NCBI RefSeq assembly: GCF_009914755.1
Contig: NC_060930.1
Reading direction: 5' to 3' (one strand)
Length of the DNA: 64,000 bases
Origin: the human T2T-CHM13v2.0 reference genome, Homo sapiens
Part shown: one piece after another, positions 1 through 11,010 of the stretch
Position numbering within the stretch: position 1 is the stretch's first letter
Layout: each line of letters begins with the position of its first letter
The notes under the pieces: generated by a model
Databases searched by the model: none
What the model was told of the DNA's origin: nothing
What the model saw: the letters and a program-made list of their open reading frames with translations, nothing else
Made by a program: the position numbers and the translations under genes

Positions 1-24
1 TTTGTAAACTTTGTTGTTTTATAT

Positions 25-130
25 TCTTATTTTAAAATAATTATAGACTCAAAAGGTGCAAAAATAGTACACGGTTTCCGTGTATCCTTTACCCAGCTTT
101 CCACAATGCTGATATCTTACATAACTATAT
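25..130 (-). mobile_element. Old L1M 3'-end fragment
   Basis: aaaatagtacacggtttccgtgtatcctttacccagcttt...atcttacataactata matches the L1MB/MC 3' end; related copies at ~1860 and ~3750. Confidence 0.6.
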
Positions 131-781
131 TTTTTTAATAGACTTTAAAATTTTTCAGTCTGCTTATATTACCTATTTTAAATAATTTTTTAAAAAGAGG
201 CTCGAAGATTATTAATAGTAAGTATGGTTATTTTATGATAGTTGTTGGATGACAAATGACCTTTGTACATACACTTTTCAATTTAGCAAACTTAAACAAT
301 TTCAACTATTAACATGTTTTTTAATAAATATTTCAAATTAAATATATCTGTTTAAAAATCTTTGACCTCAGATTGTAGAATAATAGCCTAAAATGTAGTT
401 GTTGATATGTTTTGATTTAAAATTTTCTGGAAATTTTAAATTATGTTATAAATTTAAATCCATTTGGAATCAGAAGCAGGAATATTTGTTACTAAGCGAA
501 TCTTACATACGTTTTGATATGTAATGATGCTTTACAAAATGGCCTTTGGTCTAGCCTTGCATAGCTTGTTTTATACATTGCAATGACGAAGTCTCTTTGC
601 AGGGAATCTAAGATGGACTTATATTAGACTGAATTCTATGTAATTTTAAATAGAAGAGTTAATTTACTTAATCACAATGGTAAATAGTACAATACATTTT
701 GAGATAACTAATTTTTAAAAATATTATTTCAATGCATCAGTATTTGAGCTTAAAAATCCACTTGGATTTTCTGTTTTAAAG

Positions 782-895
782 GTCCATCTGAACTGTTTAC
801 TGTTTGTTCATCGATTAGCAGAAGAGTCCAGGACAAACGCTTGTGCGAGTAAATGTAGAGTCATTAACAAGGAGCATGTACTGGCCGCAGCAAAG
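782..895 (+). CDS. CENPW: CENPW penultimate coding exon (histone-fold centromere protein W), 114 nt, phase 0/0
   Basis: Acceptor ...ttttctgttttaaAG at 780-781 and donor AAG|GTaaaa at 896. Translates to VHLNCLLFVHRLAEESRTNACASKCRVINKEHVLAAAK, recognised as human CENP-W. The first exon lies upstream of the window. Confidence 0.97.
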
Positions 896-1224
896 GTAAA
901 ATCCAAATTTCTTTTCTCGAGCAAGAATTAAACTTCAAAAATAACACTCGGTTCATCACCTCTCCCTGATTTGTATACCTTACTCAGCTTTGTTGATTGA
1001 GTCGATATTTGGCCTTTTATGAATTAATGATTTTAATTAAGGAGTTATATTTCCTCCATATGTATATTATTAATTTCCAATGGTAATATTAATGGCCACT
1101 GCTTTAGAGGAAACATTCATGTTCCTACAATCTGCTAATCTGTAGACTGAGAAGATATATCACCTTGAAATTTATCAAAACTTACTTTCTTCTTGATCTT
1201 TTAAAATTATCCTAATTACCTCAT

Positions 1225-1422
1225 TGTATTAGTCCATTTTCACACTGCTATAAAGAAATACCCAAGACTGGGTTATTTATAAAGGAAAGAGAACTCACTC
1301 ACTATCAGGAGAGCAGCATGGGGAAAACCGCCCCCCATGATCTAATCACTTCCCTTCCTCCACATGGAGGGATTACAATGTGAGGTGAGATTTGGGTGTG
1401 GACAGAAAGCCAAACCATATCA
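1225..1422 (-). mobile_element. MaLR solo LTR (MST-like), internally deleted
   Basis: Termini tgtattagtccattttcacactgctataaag ... ccaaaccatatca; only ~200 bp because the central part is missing. Confidence 0.85.
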
Positions 1423-1453
1423 CCAATTATTTGATTTCTTTTAACTTTGTTTT

Positions 1454-1543
1454 GGCAGAGGTTGCAGTGTGCCAAGATCGCACCATTGCACTCTAGCCTG
1501 GGCAACAAGTGCGAAACTCCGTCTCAAAAAAAGGAAAAAAAAA
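1454..1543 (+). mobile_element. Alu 3' fragment with A-tail
   Basis: ggcagaggttgcagtg...ctccgtctcaaaaaaa. Confidence 0.9.
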
Positions 1544-1859
1544 TCTCTTATAAGTAGAGATGATTGCTTTTTACTGTTATTTTTATATAATGTTAAGAAT
1601 ATGTTGCCTACGGTGCAGTTTTCCAGATATGTTCCTGAAAATGTTATTTCCAAATGATGTTAATCAAGGCCCTACCTCAGATGCTTCTGTTGTCAAATAA
1701 GTGTAGATAACCTTGCATACTATACTTCCTTGATTAGTCACAGTATTATTGTAGAACTTGTTTCTGTAAGAATATGTAAGAAACTGGCAACCACAGTTGA
1801 CTGGGGATGATAGAGGAGGGAAACTTATTTTTGACAGTCTACCTCTTTGTAGACGTTTT

Positions 1860-1962
1860 TGTTTTAGATTTATTTTGAAATAAGGTACAAAAGATAGTTT
1901 AGAGTTCCCATGTACCCTGTATCCAGTTTCTCATAATCCTAATGTCTTAAATAACTATAGTC
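1860..1962 (-). mobile_element. Old L1M 3'-end fragment
   Basis: gagttcccatgtaccctgtatccagtttctc...aataactatagt. Confidence 0.55.
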
Positions 1963-3042
1963 ATGTAAAGTTATGAAAGGCTATGAGAGAAATATAGCAA
2001 TAAGGAAACTTGTTGAACTCCATTTAGTATTTTGTAAGTTTGAGTACATAATATACTCAGCGTTTTGTAAATTCATTTGAGTATTCAAACTTTCTTTTGA
2101 AGTACCCATGATAATTATCTTGTAGGACAGAGAAGTACTAGTCTAGATACAGATTTATTTGATGGTCTTGTGGAAGCCTAGAAATGTGCATGTCTTGGCA
2201 TTTTCTAGGGCCTTTAAATTATCTTGCAATTATAAACATTCCAACAAATTTCTACACTATTAAAGTCAATGTAAATATTTTTCTGTGGGAAAAACAAGGC
2301 TTAAGATATTGAAGAATATACACGTGTTTTTTACATTTAGGATTTTTATTAATAAACTGTAGGTTTATTTACTTAAAATAGTAGATAAGTTTTTTTTTAA
2401 AAAAAGAGATATTCTGACTAATACCGTCAGTCTTTTTACAACTAAAAATCTCCTTTTTTTATTTGTGCCACAGACTATTATTTTGAAAATAATCTACTTA
2501 ACAGGTTGTTCAGCATAAGATGACTAGTTTTAGTCTCAAATGATTATAATTCCAGTCCAACTATAAGAAATTTAATGTTGCAGTGGATTTGTCCTAGTTT
2601 ATAGTTGTGAAATGTCTGATTTATAATAGACTTTTTGAGTCTAATATAGACTCAAGAATATTGTTTAACTCTTTAATTGGTATTGTTTAACTCCTAATTT
2701 AGATAACTAAATTGTCTAAAAATTTCAAATTCGAAACCATTAATCTGGACACTTTTGGTTTACAATAGAAGAAATTAACATCTAGAGGTAACTAATAAAG
2801 GCAGGTTTTTAGAATCTAGGCATGTTTCATATTCATTGAGATAAGACTGTTTTTAGAGAAATCTAAGACTATAAGACAAAAGATTCCCTAATCACCTGGA
2901 AGGTGATTTCCAATTTGGAAAATTGGGTTTTATAAATTCAGTCTTGCATATTATGCACCCAGGACTATTTAACTTTTTGTTAAGGAATGATGTTTTATTT
3001 TTCATAGATATAATATGAATCTTATTTTTTTCCCTCTTACAG

Positions 3043-3069
3043 GTAATTCTAAAGAAGAGCAGAGGTTAG
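3043..3069 (+). CDS. CENPW: CENPW last exon, coding part (VILKKSRG*)
   Basis: Polypyrimidine tract and acceptor tttttttccctcttacAG (3041-3042), then GTA ATT CTA AAG AAG AGC AGA GGT TAG, which is the CENP-W C-terminus in frame with the previous exon. Confidence 0.96.
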   Translation, partial: VILKKSRG

Positions 3070-3182
3070 AAGTCAAAGAACATATTCTTGAAAGTTATGA
3101 TGCATTCTTTTGGGTGGTAACAGATCATAAAGACATTTTTTACACATCAGTTAATATGGGATTATTAAATATTGGCTATAAG
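3070..3182 (+). other. CENPW: CENPW short 3' UTR (end approximate)
   Basis: Lies between the stop codon and the cleavage site inferred ~12-15 nt after ATTAAA. Confidence 0.75.
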
Positions 3183-3208
3183 TGATGTGTGTGTTTGTAT
3201 TTTTTTTC
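3164..3208 (+). terminator. Polyadenylation signal ATTAAA (3164-3169) with GU/U-rich downstream element
   Basis: ATTAAA is followed by gtgatgtgtgtgtttgtatttttttt (3182-3207), a canonical CPSF/CstF arrangement. Confidence 0.8.
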
Positions 3209-4424
3209 TGGCATGAAATATCTCAAGTAAATGCATAGGACTATTTAACCCTTTTATGGGAATTACTATTATTTTTATTTTAAATGTCCTCTAGTTCAGT
3301 TTGCTTTTGTTTTGTTGCTGCTGCAAATATTTTATGTATCAAAAATGAAATCTTACTATATTAAATACTTTGAAAATGTACTTCTTAGAATTAAGTTTAT
3401 ATATATTTAGATTTAGCCACAGTTAACTATGGAATTTAATCTCTGAAGAAAGGCAAATGCAGTCAAATCTAGGTGCACTTTCAATATTTTAACTTTTAAT
3501 GTCTTTGCAAAGCAATGCAATCTACTTTTATATTATGCCAGTAGTAATGTTATAATTTCTCAGCTGGACAATTATAAACATCAGGTAGGTTTTTCAAAAC
3601 CTATCTCCCTCCCAAAACCAAAATAATAGAAATTTGGAGCAAATGACTTATTTTCTTCAAGTCTCATGGATTTAATAGATAATTTTTCCCCCTAAATAAG
3701 ATAATTTAGAAGTTTATTATGTATCATCAAATAGTTGTTACTTTTAACTTTTTATTTAGAAATAATTATAGATTTCAACATGTAGTTGCAAAGATAGTAC
3801 AGAGAAGTCCCATGTACAGTACACCCAGTTCCCCCAATGGTTACATCTTACATAACTATAGTATAATATCAAAACCAGGAATTTCATATAGGTACAGTGT
3901 ACATGTAGTTCTGTTGCCATTTTATGGTGTAGATTTGTTTAACCATTACTGTAATTAGAAATGTTTCATTACCAAAAAAGTCTCTTTGTGCTATCCTTTT
4001 ACAATTAGACCTTGTTTAAAATGTGTCCTACCCTAGCACCATTCCTAAACCCTGGCAACCATGAACTATTCTCCGTCTAAAGTCTATACTTTTGTGATTT
4101 TGAGAATGTCATATGGATGGAATCATACAAGAGGTAACCTTTGGGCATTGGATTTTTTTCACTCAGTATATTGTCCTTGAGATCCATTTAAGTTGTTACA
4201 TGTATCAATAGTTTGTTCCGTTTTATTACTGAGTAGTATTCTGTAGTATGGAATTACCACAGTTTGTATAACTATTCACTTAAATTGAGGGGCATTTTGG
4301 TTACTTACAGTTTTGGTTATTACAAATAAAATCGCTGTGAAGGGTAATCTGCAGGATTTTATATGGACATAAATTTTAATTTCCCTGGGAGTTTTATTCT
4401 GAGTTCATGGTAAGTATAGGCCTA

Positions 4425-4607
4425 ATTTTTATTTATTTTTTTTAAAAGACTGAATCTTGCTGTGTCACTTAATCTGGAGTGCAGTGGTGTGATCATAGCA
4501 CACTGCAGCCTCAAACTCCTGGGCTAAAGTTATCCTCCTTTAGCCTCCTGAGTAGCCTCCTTCTTGCACCTGGGATCACAGGTGCAAGCTGCTGTGTTCG
4601 GTTGGCT
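4425..4607 (-). mobile_element. Old Alu monomer (AluJ/FLAM-like)
   Basis: tcttgctgtgtcac...ctggagtgcagtggtgtgatcatagcacactgcagcctcaaactcctgggct; flanked by a degenerate TSD aggcctaatttt/aggtttaatttt. Confidence 0.8.
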
Positions 4608-4808
4608 CAGGTTTAATTTTTTAAAAAGAAATGGCCAAATGATTTTCCAGGGTGGCTGTACCATTTTACATTTCCATTAGCAGTGTATGGGAAATCCACT
4701 TTCTTAATATTCTCACAAATATTTGGTAATGTTACTATTTTTTAGTTTAGCTGTTCTGGCAAGAATATGCAGCATTGTGGTTTTAATTTACATTTTCCTG
4801 ATGGCTAA

Positions 4809-5167
4809 TGTCTTAGTTTAGGCTGGTATAATGAAATACCATGCACTGGATAGCTTATAGATAACATAAATTTTTTTCTCACAGTTTTGATGGGCGGAAG
4901 GTCTGAGATCATGGTGCCAGCACAGTCAGGTTCTGGTGAGGGTCCTCTTCTGAGTTGCAGACTGCTAACTTCTCATTCTGTCCTCATACGGAGGAAAAAA
5001 GGCCAGAGAGCTCTCTGCCTCCTTTTAAAGGACATTAATCTCATTTATGACGACTTTATTCTCATGACCTAATTACCTCCCAAAGGTCGTTCCTCCTAAT
5101 ACCATCACACTGGTGATTAGATTTCAATGTAAGAATTTTGGGGGACACAAACATTTAGTCCATAATA
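4809..5167 (-). mobile_element. MLT1A-type MaLR solo LTR
   Basis: tgtcttagtttaggctggtata...ggggacacaaacatttagtccataata; 5-bp TSD gctaa/gctga (1 mismatch). Confidence 0.8.
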
Positions 5168-5714
5168 GCTGATGATGAACATATTTTCGTGTGCTTATTT
5201 GCCATCTGTATATTGACTTATACATTTTTATACTTTAATGAGATATAAGGGAAAGAATACCTGTGTGGTCAGTCTTGAACAGAAAGCCTCATGGATTCAT
5301 AGTTCAGCATAATATAGTAATACATATATGTTTCCAAATTAGTAATTTTTTAAAGCATTAATGTGAAAAAATTTAAATCTTATTTGTAATGTAAGTATAC
5401 ATGTTTAACATAAAATTATATTCTGAACAAAAATAGTTATAAATAAATAGGACTTCTCAAGAGAATGTAAATTTGAAAAAAAACAACTAGAATATGTAGT
5501 TAATGCTGAATAGTTCTTTAAATGTAATTAATATCAAAATGTTATTTTTCCTTCAAGAGCTGGACTAGGGAATTTTGGTTTTAAGACAGAACTAATGTGC
5601 TCAGAGGTAATGTCTTTTTTTTTTTAATGATGTTTTCCCCATATTTTCTATCTCTTATATAGTGATAGTTAATCCCACTGCCTTGTTCCTGAAACAGGCA
5701 AGGTGGAGGAGAAA

Positions 5715-5750
5715 GAGAGAGAGTGAGTGTGTGTGTGTGTGTGTGTGTGT
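5715..5750. repeat. Compound (GA)n(GT)n microsatellite
   Basis: gagagagagtgagtgtgtgtgtgtgtgtgtgtgtgt. Confidence 0.95.
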
Positions 5751-6169
5751 AAGTGGAGTAGGATGAGGGAAGTTGCTAGAGTCAGTAGAAGTAGGTGATA
5801 TTATCCGTGTGATACCACACAGCCAAAAGCCTCCTTTTGGGTGACTTTTGTGATACCTGTGTGATACCCAAAAGCCTCCTTTTGGGAGGCTTTCTTGTAG
5901 ATAGGAATTTTGCTGTTTTGGTAAAAAATTATAACTCCAGCATTTTCATGTTGGGGAGTTAGAGACTGAACTAAACCAAAGTCAAAATGAGGATAGTAAT
6001 AGTGATATGATAAATGTATTGGCTTGTTTTCTGTGTCGTCTGGGGTGTTTATATGCCACATACTTCCCTACCTGACTTAGAAAAGAAAGAGAATCTAGAA
6101 TGTGGAGTTTATTAGAGGTGGGGGAAGATGTGTTTATTAGATTAACTGCATTTTTTTCTGGATGTTGAA

Positions 6170-6240
6170 GAGAGTCAGTGAGACCTTGAACAAGTAATTT
6201 AACTGGAGCCTTAGTTTCCCCATGTGTACATTTAGTAACT
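6170..6240. mobile_element. MIR core fragment
   Basis: gtgagaccttgaacaagtaatttaactggagccttagtttccccatgtgta. Confidence 0.6.
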
Positions 6241-6514
6241 ACTGTTTTTGGCCACATATTTTCCTTTTTGGGAAAATCAGGGTGACTTCAGTTTTGGCTT
6301 CATGGTTATGGGTGGTCTATATCTCAACTGTGGGTTTCATTTTTTTTTTTCTTTAAAATCCTCAACCTCATTTGAGGTCTTGATTGATGAACATGAGATG
6401 GGTATGAGACCTTAAGATGGATATTTAGTTCTTCTTCCTCAGTATTTTAATCTTGACAATCAATATAGCACCTTGTGGCTGTAGGTAAGTTTAATAACAG
6501 TATACTCCCTAGGT

Positions 6515-6688
6515 CAGTGGTTTTCAAGCTTTACTAAGCTTCAAAATCACCTGGAAGATTTGTTAAAATAAAGATTGCTCATGGGGATTCTGATTCTATT
6601 TAGGTGGGAGCTGAGAATCTGTATTTCTAGCAGGTAGCCAGGTGATGCTAGTGTTGCCATCCAGGGGCCATGCTTCCGAGAACAACTG
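6515..6688. mobile_element. MER5A (hAT-Charlie MITE)
   Basis: cagtggttttcaag...aatctgtatttctagcaggtagccaggtgatgct...gagaacaactg; flanked by ctag-containing 8-bp target sites. Confidence 0.8.
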
Positions 6689-6696
6689 TTCTAGAT

Positions 6697-6880
6697 CACA
6701 GGTTGGCAATATTTTTGTAAATAAAGCTTTATTGGAACACAGGCACACATGTGCTGCTTATCTGTGGCTGTTTTCTTACTACAACTTAGGGTAGTGTTGA
6801 GTTGTTGCAGCAAATACTGTGTCCTGCAAGCCAAGTTACTTAGTATCTGACCCTTTACAGAAGAAGTTTGCTGACCCCTG
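6697..6880. mobile_element. MER58-type (hAT-Charlie) element
   Basis: caggttggcaa...gtaaataaagcttttattggaacacag...tatctgaccctttacagaagaagtttgctgacccctg. Confidence 0.8.
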
Positions 6881-7169
6881 TGTTAGATAATTCTTGCCCT
6901 AACCTCTGTATTTTGCTTTTACTTGAGTTGCCAAAATGGCAAAAGAGGGATTGATACTCTAGAGGCTTTTTATTTATATTAGCTACACTGAAGTATGACA
7001 CTTCTGATTGAATTTAGTGAGGGATAGAGTTTTGAGATACTCCAGTTATCACCAGTAAAACAACTATTTACATTGTTTTCTTGAGATATTATCATCTCTA
7101 ATCCATGTTGCTTGTATTTCCTTTTTGAAGGAATCTACCTTACTGAGACTTGGCATTTCCTGTTTCCAA

Positions 7170-9400
7170 CTAGCTATAAGAGTTTTGTTTGGTTAGCATT
7201 TGTATGATATATATCTTCCATCATGATGCTTACAAACATCCTGCATCCTTTAAAGTGTGTCTCATAATCAGTGTATATTTGGGTTTTGTGTTTTCATCTT
7301 ATCTGGTAGTCTTAGTAATTGGAATTTGCAGTCCATTTACATTTAATGTAATTACTGCTACATTTGGTTTCTATTATACATTTTACAATTTGCTGGTGTA
7401 TGTGACCCAGCACCTTTTTCTTTCTGCTTTTATTTTCTTTTGAATTAACTTTTATGATTCATTTTATTCTTTATTACTCTAGTTATACATTCTTATACTA
7501 GGAATTATAACATGCATCATTGACTTGTTATATCCTCTATCAATCTGCTATTTATATAAACTTTTACTAAAGATTATAATCTGCACTGTTGACTATTTCT
7601 AGAACCTTAGAAGGCTTTAATGCCATTTACTTGCTGCCTTTTGATTATTTTAATTTTACATTTGTTAAACCAACCATATAGACACAAATGTATTACTAGT
7701 ATGACTTGGTACTGTCACTACTAAGTGAATATTTATATTATCACATTTACCGTTTTCTTTGCTGATCATTTCTTTAACAATTTTATATTTCCCTATGGGA
7801 TCTTTTTTTTTTTTTTAACAACCCGAAGAACTCTCTTTACTATTTTCCTGTAGTAACTGTTTCTTGGTAGTACATTTCCTGTTTTCTTTTTTTTCTGATA
7901 GAATATTTCACTTTAAACTTGAAAGATATTTTCATCAGATAGGAAAGTCTAGATTGCCTATTATAGCAAATAATGTTAAAATGTCATTTTATGTCTTCAG
8001 GCTTCTCTCATATTTTTAGAAGTTAGGCTTATAGAGGGTAATATGTCTTTTTTAAAAAAATCTGTTGCTAAAGGTTTTTCTTTCTGGTTTTCAGCAATCT
8101 TGCTATGATTCATTTTCCTAGGATTTGTCTTTTTTGTTGTTGTTTCCCTTTTTATTCTGCTTGGGGTTCCTGCCTGAACTTTCTGATACCATAGGATGGT
8201 GTTTTTCTTCAGTTTGGGAGATTCTTGGCCATTCTCTTTTCATGTGTTGCTTCTGCCCCATTTTCTCTCTCCTGTTCGAGATTCTAATTATGTATTATTC
8301 TTAGATGTTTGATTATGTCACACATTATCTCTTACACTCTTCCATTTTTCCCATTGAATTTTTTCTCTGTCTTTTAGTTTGGCTATTTCTGTTGACTTGT
8401 CTTTTATTTCACTAATTTTCTCATCTGTTTCATCTGCTCTCAAACATCTAATGAGTTCTACATTTCAGATCATGTGTATGTGTATTTTTTTCCTTGCATG
8501 CCTACAGTTGATTAAAGATTTTTATTAATATTCTCTGAGGAAATTCTTAATTGTTTTATCTATCTTTTTCTTGTTTCTTAGACATATTAATTATATTTAT
8601 TTTCACGTAATTATCAACTAATTCCAATATTTGGAGTATCTGTTTTTTTTTCTTGGCTTTTGATCATGTAGTACTGTCTTTTGGCATTACTAATAAATTT
8701 TTTATCAAATAATGGGTATTTTGTTAAATAAAAAAAAGATGTTTGTCTTCACAGAGGGATCATTTTTTCCCCACTATGCAGATAGATGGCTAAGCACCTT
8801 AATGTAATTAGTGACTGTACTAATTTCAGGGCTTAGTTGTATTTCTCATGAGACTCACTTGGCCTCTTTTTACCCCTGGCCCTCCAGGTGTTTTAACTGG
8901 GAGCTTGCTATGTTTTTTTGCAGCCCTTCTTCTGGCATGTACCGAACACTAATCTTTGACATGTGAGAATGCCAAAATCTCTGCTTTACTCTTCAGAGTC
9001 TTTCTATGTAGATATTAGGTTGTTGCAAAAGTAATTGCGATTTTTGCCACTGCAGTTACTTTTGTACCAACATAATATCTACGTACAAAAAACTGCAATT
9101 ACTTTTGCACCCACCTAATACAAAAAATCTATAAATGTCCTGAAGGAAAAACTGACCTTGTAATTAAAAGTGCTAGGTCTCCATAAAAGCTCTACTATAG
9201 TAGCCTGGAGTCTCAACCTCCATTTGCCTAGAATTGGTAAATGTCTCCGTGGTAAAATCATCAGTAAACATCAGCTCACCTCTTTAAGAGTCTCCTTTTT
9301 GGAGTCTAGTCCCTCCATTTTTTGTCACTGTAGCAGATCTTTGCTCTTCAATTAAATGGTTTCTGTATATTATCTAGCTTTTTTAGTTTTCACTGGGAAC
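7170..9400 (-). mobile_element. Highly diverged L1M (ORF1/ORF2 5' region)
   Basis: T-rich antisense L1 motifs such as agtccatttacatttaatgtaatt, ttgaaagatattttcat and tttgggagattcttggccatt. Confidence 0.6.
9015..9118. mobile_element. MADE1 (Hsmar1 MITE) with duplicated right terminal repeat
   Basis: TA|ttaggttgttgcaaaagtaattgcgatttttgcc ... ttacttttgtaccaacataa ... aaaaactgcaattacttttgcacccacctaa|TA. Confidence 0.85.
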
Positions 9401-9427
9401 ACAGATTGGTGGTACGTATACTCCAAC

Positions 9428-9537
9428 TAGGGTAACCAACTGTCCTGGTTTGCTCAACTGTTGCAATTTAATCCTGAAGGTCCTGCATCTCAGGAAACCC
9501 CTCAATCCTAAGCAAACTGGGACAGTTGGTCACTGTA
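9428..9537. mobile_element. MER81 (hAT-Blackjack MITE)
   Basis: TIRs tagggtaaccaactgtcctggtttgc / gcaaactgggacagttggtcactgta. Confidence 0.8.
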
Positions 9538-10874
9538 TTTCCAAACTACCTAGAAATAAAAGTAAGTTTAATTTAATATGAAACTAATATTCAGAAAGGT
9601 ACTTTTAATAAAACCCATGTGGAAAGGAATTTTCACATTGAAATTGTGTTAAATTATTTACTTTAAAACTGTTATTGCCATTTTTTTCATGAATAAAAGT
9701 GTTCCAGGAGGCAAATACAAATAATTACTGTTTAGAAATTGTACCTACTACAGAGTTTAAAAGAACATTTAATTATTATCTTGTTAATCATTCCTAAGCA
9801 AAGAATTAGCAAACTCATTAGTTTTGTTTTTGAAATAGTTTTGAATGTCTTTTTCCTCCTAAAGTTGGAGTTTTTCTAAAATAAAATTTGAATTTTATTT
9901 TCCCACTTTTTAAAGGTATTTTTGACTCTAAAATGTTTACCTATCAACATCTCAGAAACTTGTGCTGTGTTCAGGTTGGCCAGTTTGTCTTATTTTAAGG
10001 CAATAACTCAATGCTCTGAGGGAGTCATAACTAATAGGTACTTTACAAAAGTGGTATAAAGGCACATTTTATGCTCTTGGGGACAGAAAGCTGTATTCCA
10101 TAACCTGAAGACAGTAATTTGTTTCACTTGTAGACATGTATCTTGTTCTTCCTGTGTTATACTGATATTTTAAGTTTGTCCATTAAATAATGCTGCAAAG
10201 GTAGATGTGTTTCTTTAAAATATTAAGTTATAATTTTTTAAAAGGCTATGTTGAATATCAGGTACAAGACCCATTTTATTGGCAATTAACTAATCTGTCC
10301 TGTGAGAGAGTACTTGCGCTGTCTTAAATTATATATTATTTTTAACTTTTAATTTCATATTTCTTTGGTATTTTGCCAATCAGAATGGAAGCTCTTCTAG
10401 GACAAGAGCTTCTGATTCTTTAGTACTCAAAGTCCATGTGCAGATGTGTTATTCACAAAATAAGAGCTGGATTTTCAACTAGCAAGGCTTAATAGAGAGG
10501 GAGCATCAATTCTTCCAGTTATATGTAGCCAGTAGTAATACATCCATTACTTTACTTAACTGTAAGGATAACAATCCAAGGGAAAGAACATTGCTGCATG
10601 TTTTAAGAAATCTGGATGACTGTCTTGATGCTGTCACAAACTACACTTAGGCAAAGTAGGATGTTTCTCTCTATAAAAAATTAAGGATTTGAAAGAAATG
10701 GTTTCTAACACCTCTTCTAACTCTAAAAATAAAAAGACACTAGTTTTTGAGAAAGCTGACATGGATAATATCCTACTATTTGGATGCATCCAAGCCCTAA
10801 CTCATGTTATCTTGAGTTTATAAACCACAATGTGATTATAACACTTCTTTTTGTTTGTTTTTGCATGCTGTGTG

Positions 10875-11010
10875 ATTTTATTTATAAAAAGTTCAAGAGT
10901 AGGTGAAACTAATAGGTAGAGCTTTAAATCAGGATAAGGTTTTTCTTTGGGAAAGATGAAGACGGTAATGATTTGAAGGAGATACGGGACAGCGGGATTT
11001 GCTATGCTAG
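10875..11010 (+). mobile_element. Old L1M 3' fragment
   Basis: tttataaaaagttcaagagtaggtgaaactaat...aaatcaggataaggtt. Confidence 0.45.

Larger units (their letters stand above)
896..3042 (+). other. CENPW: CENPW last intron (GT-AG, 2147 nt)
   Basis: Bounded by GT at 896 and AG at 3041-3042. Confidence 0.95.
3745..5215 (-). mobile_element. L1M (L1MB/MC-type) 3' region, interrupted by an Alu and an MLT1
   Basis: Typical L1 3' UTR antisense motifs (ccctggcaaccatgaac, ggaatcataca, ttttacatttccattagcagtgtatg); resumes after the MLT with gctgatgatgaacatatttt. Confidence 0.8.

Noticed and set aside
5867-5893. Histone 3' stem-loop resemblance
   Set aside because: Stem and loop do not match the 6-bp GGCTCT-TTTC-AGAGCC consensus, and there is no adjacent ORF; CENPW has a normal poly(A) signal.
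10388-10412. 9-bp inverted repeat GAAGCTCTT/AAGAGCTTC (also the 14-bp palindrome at 10780-10793)
   Set aside because: Short enough to be expected by chance in 64 kb; no supporting context.
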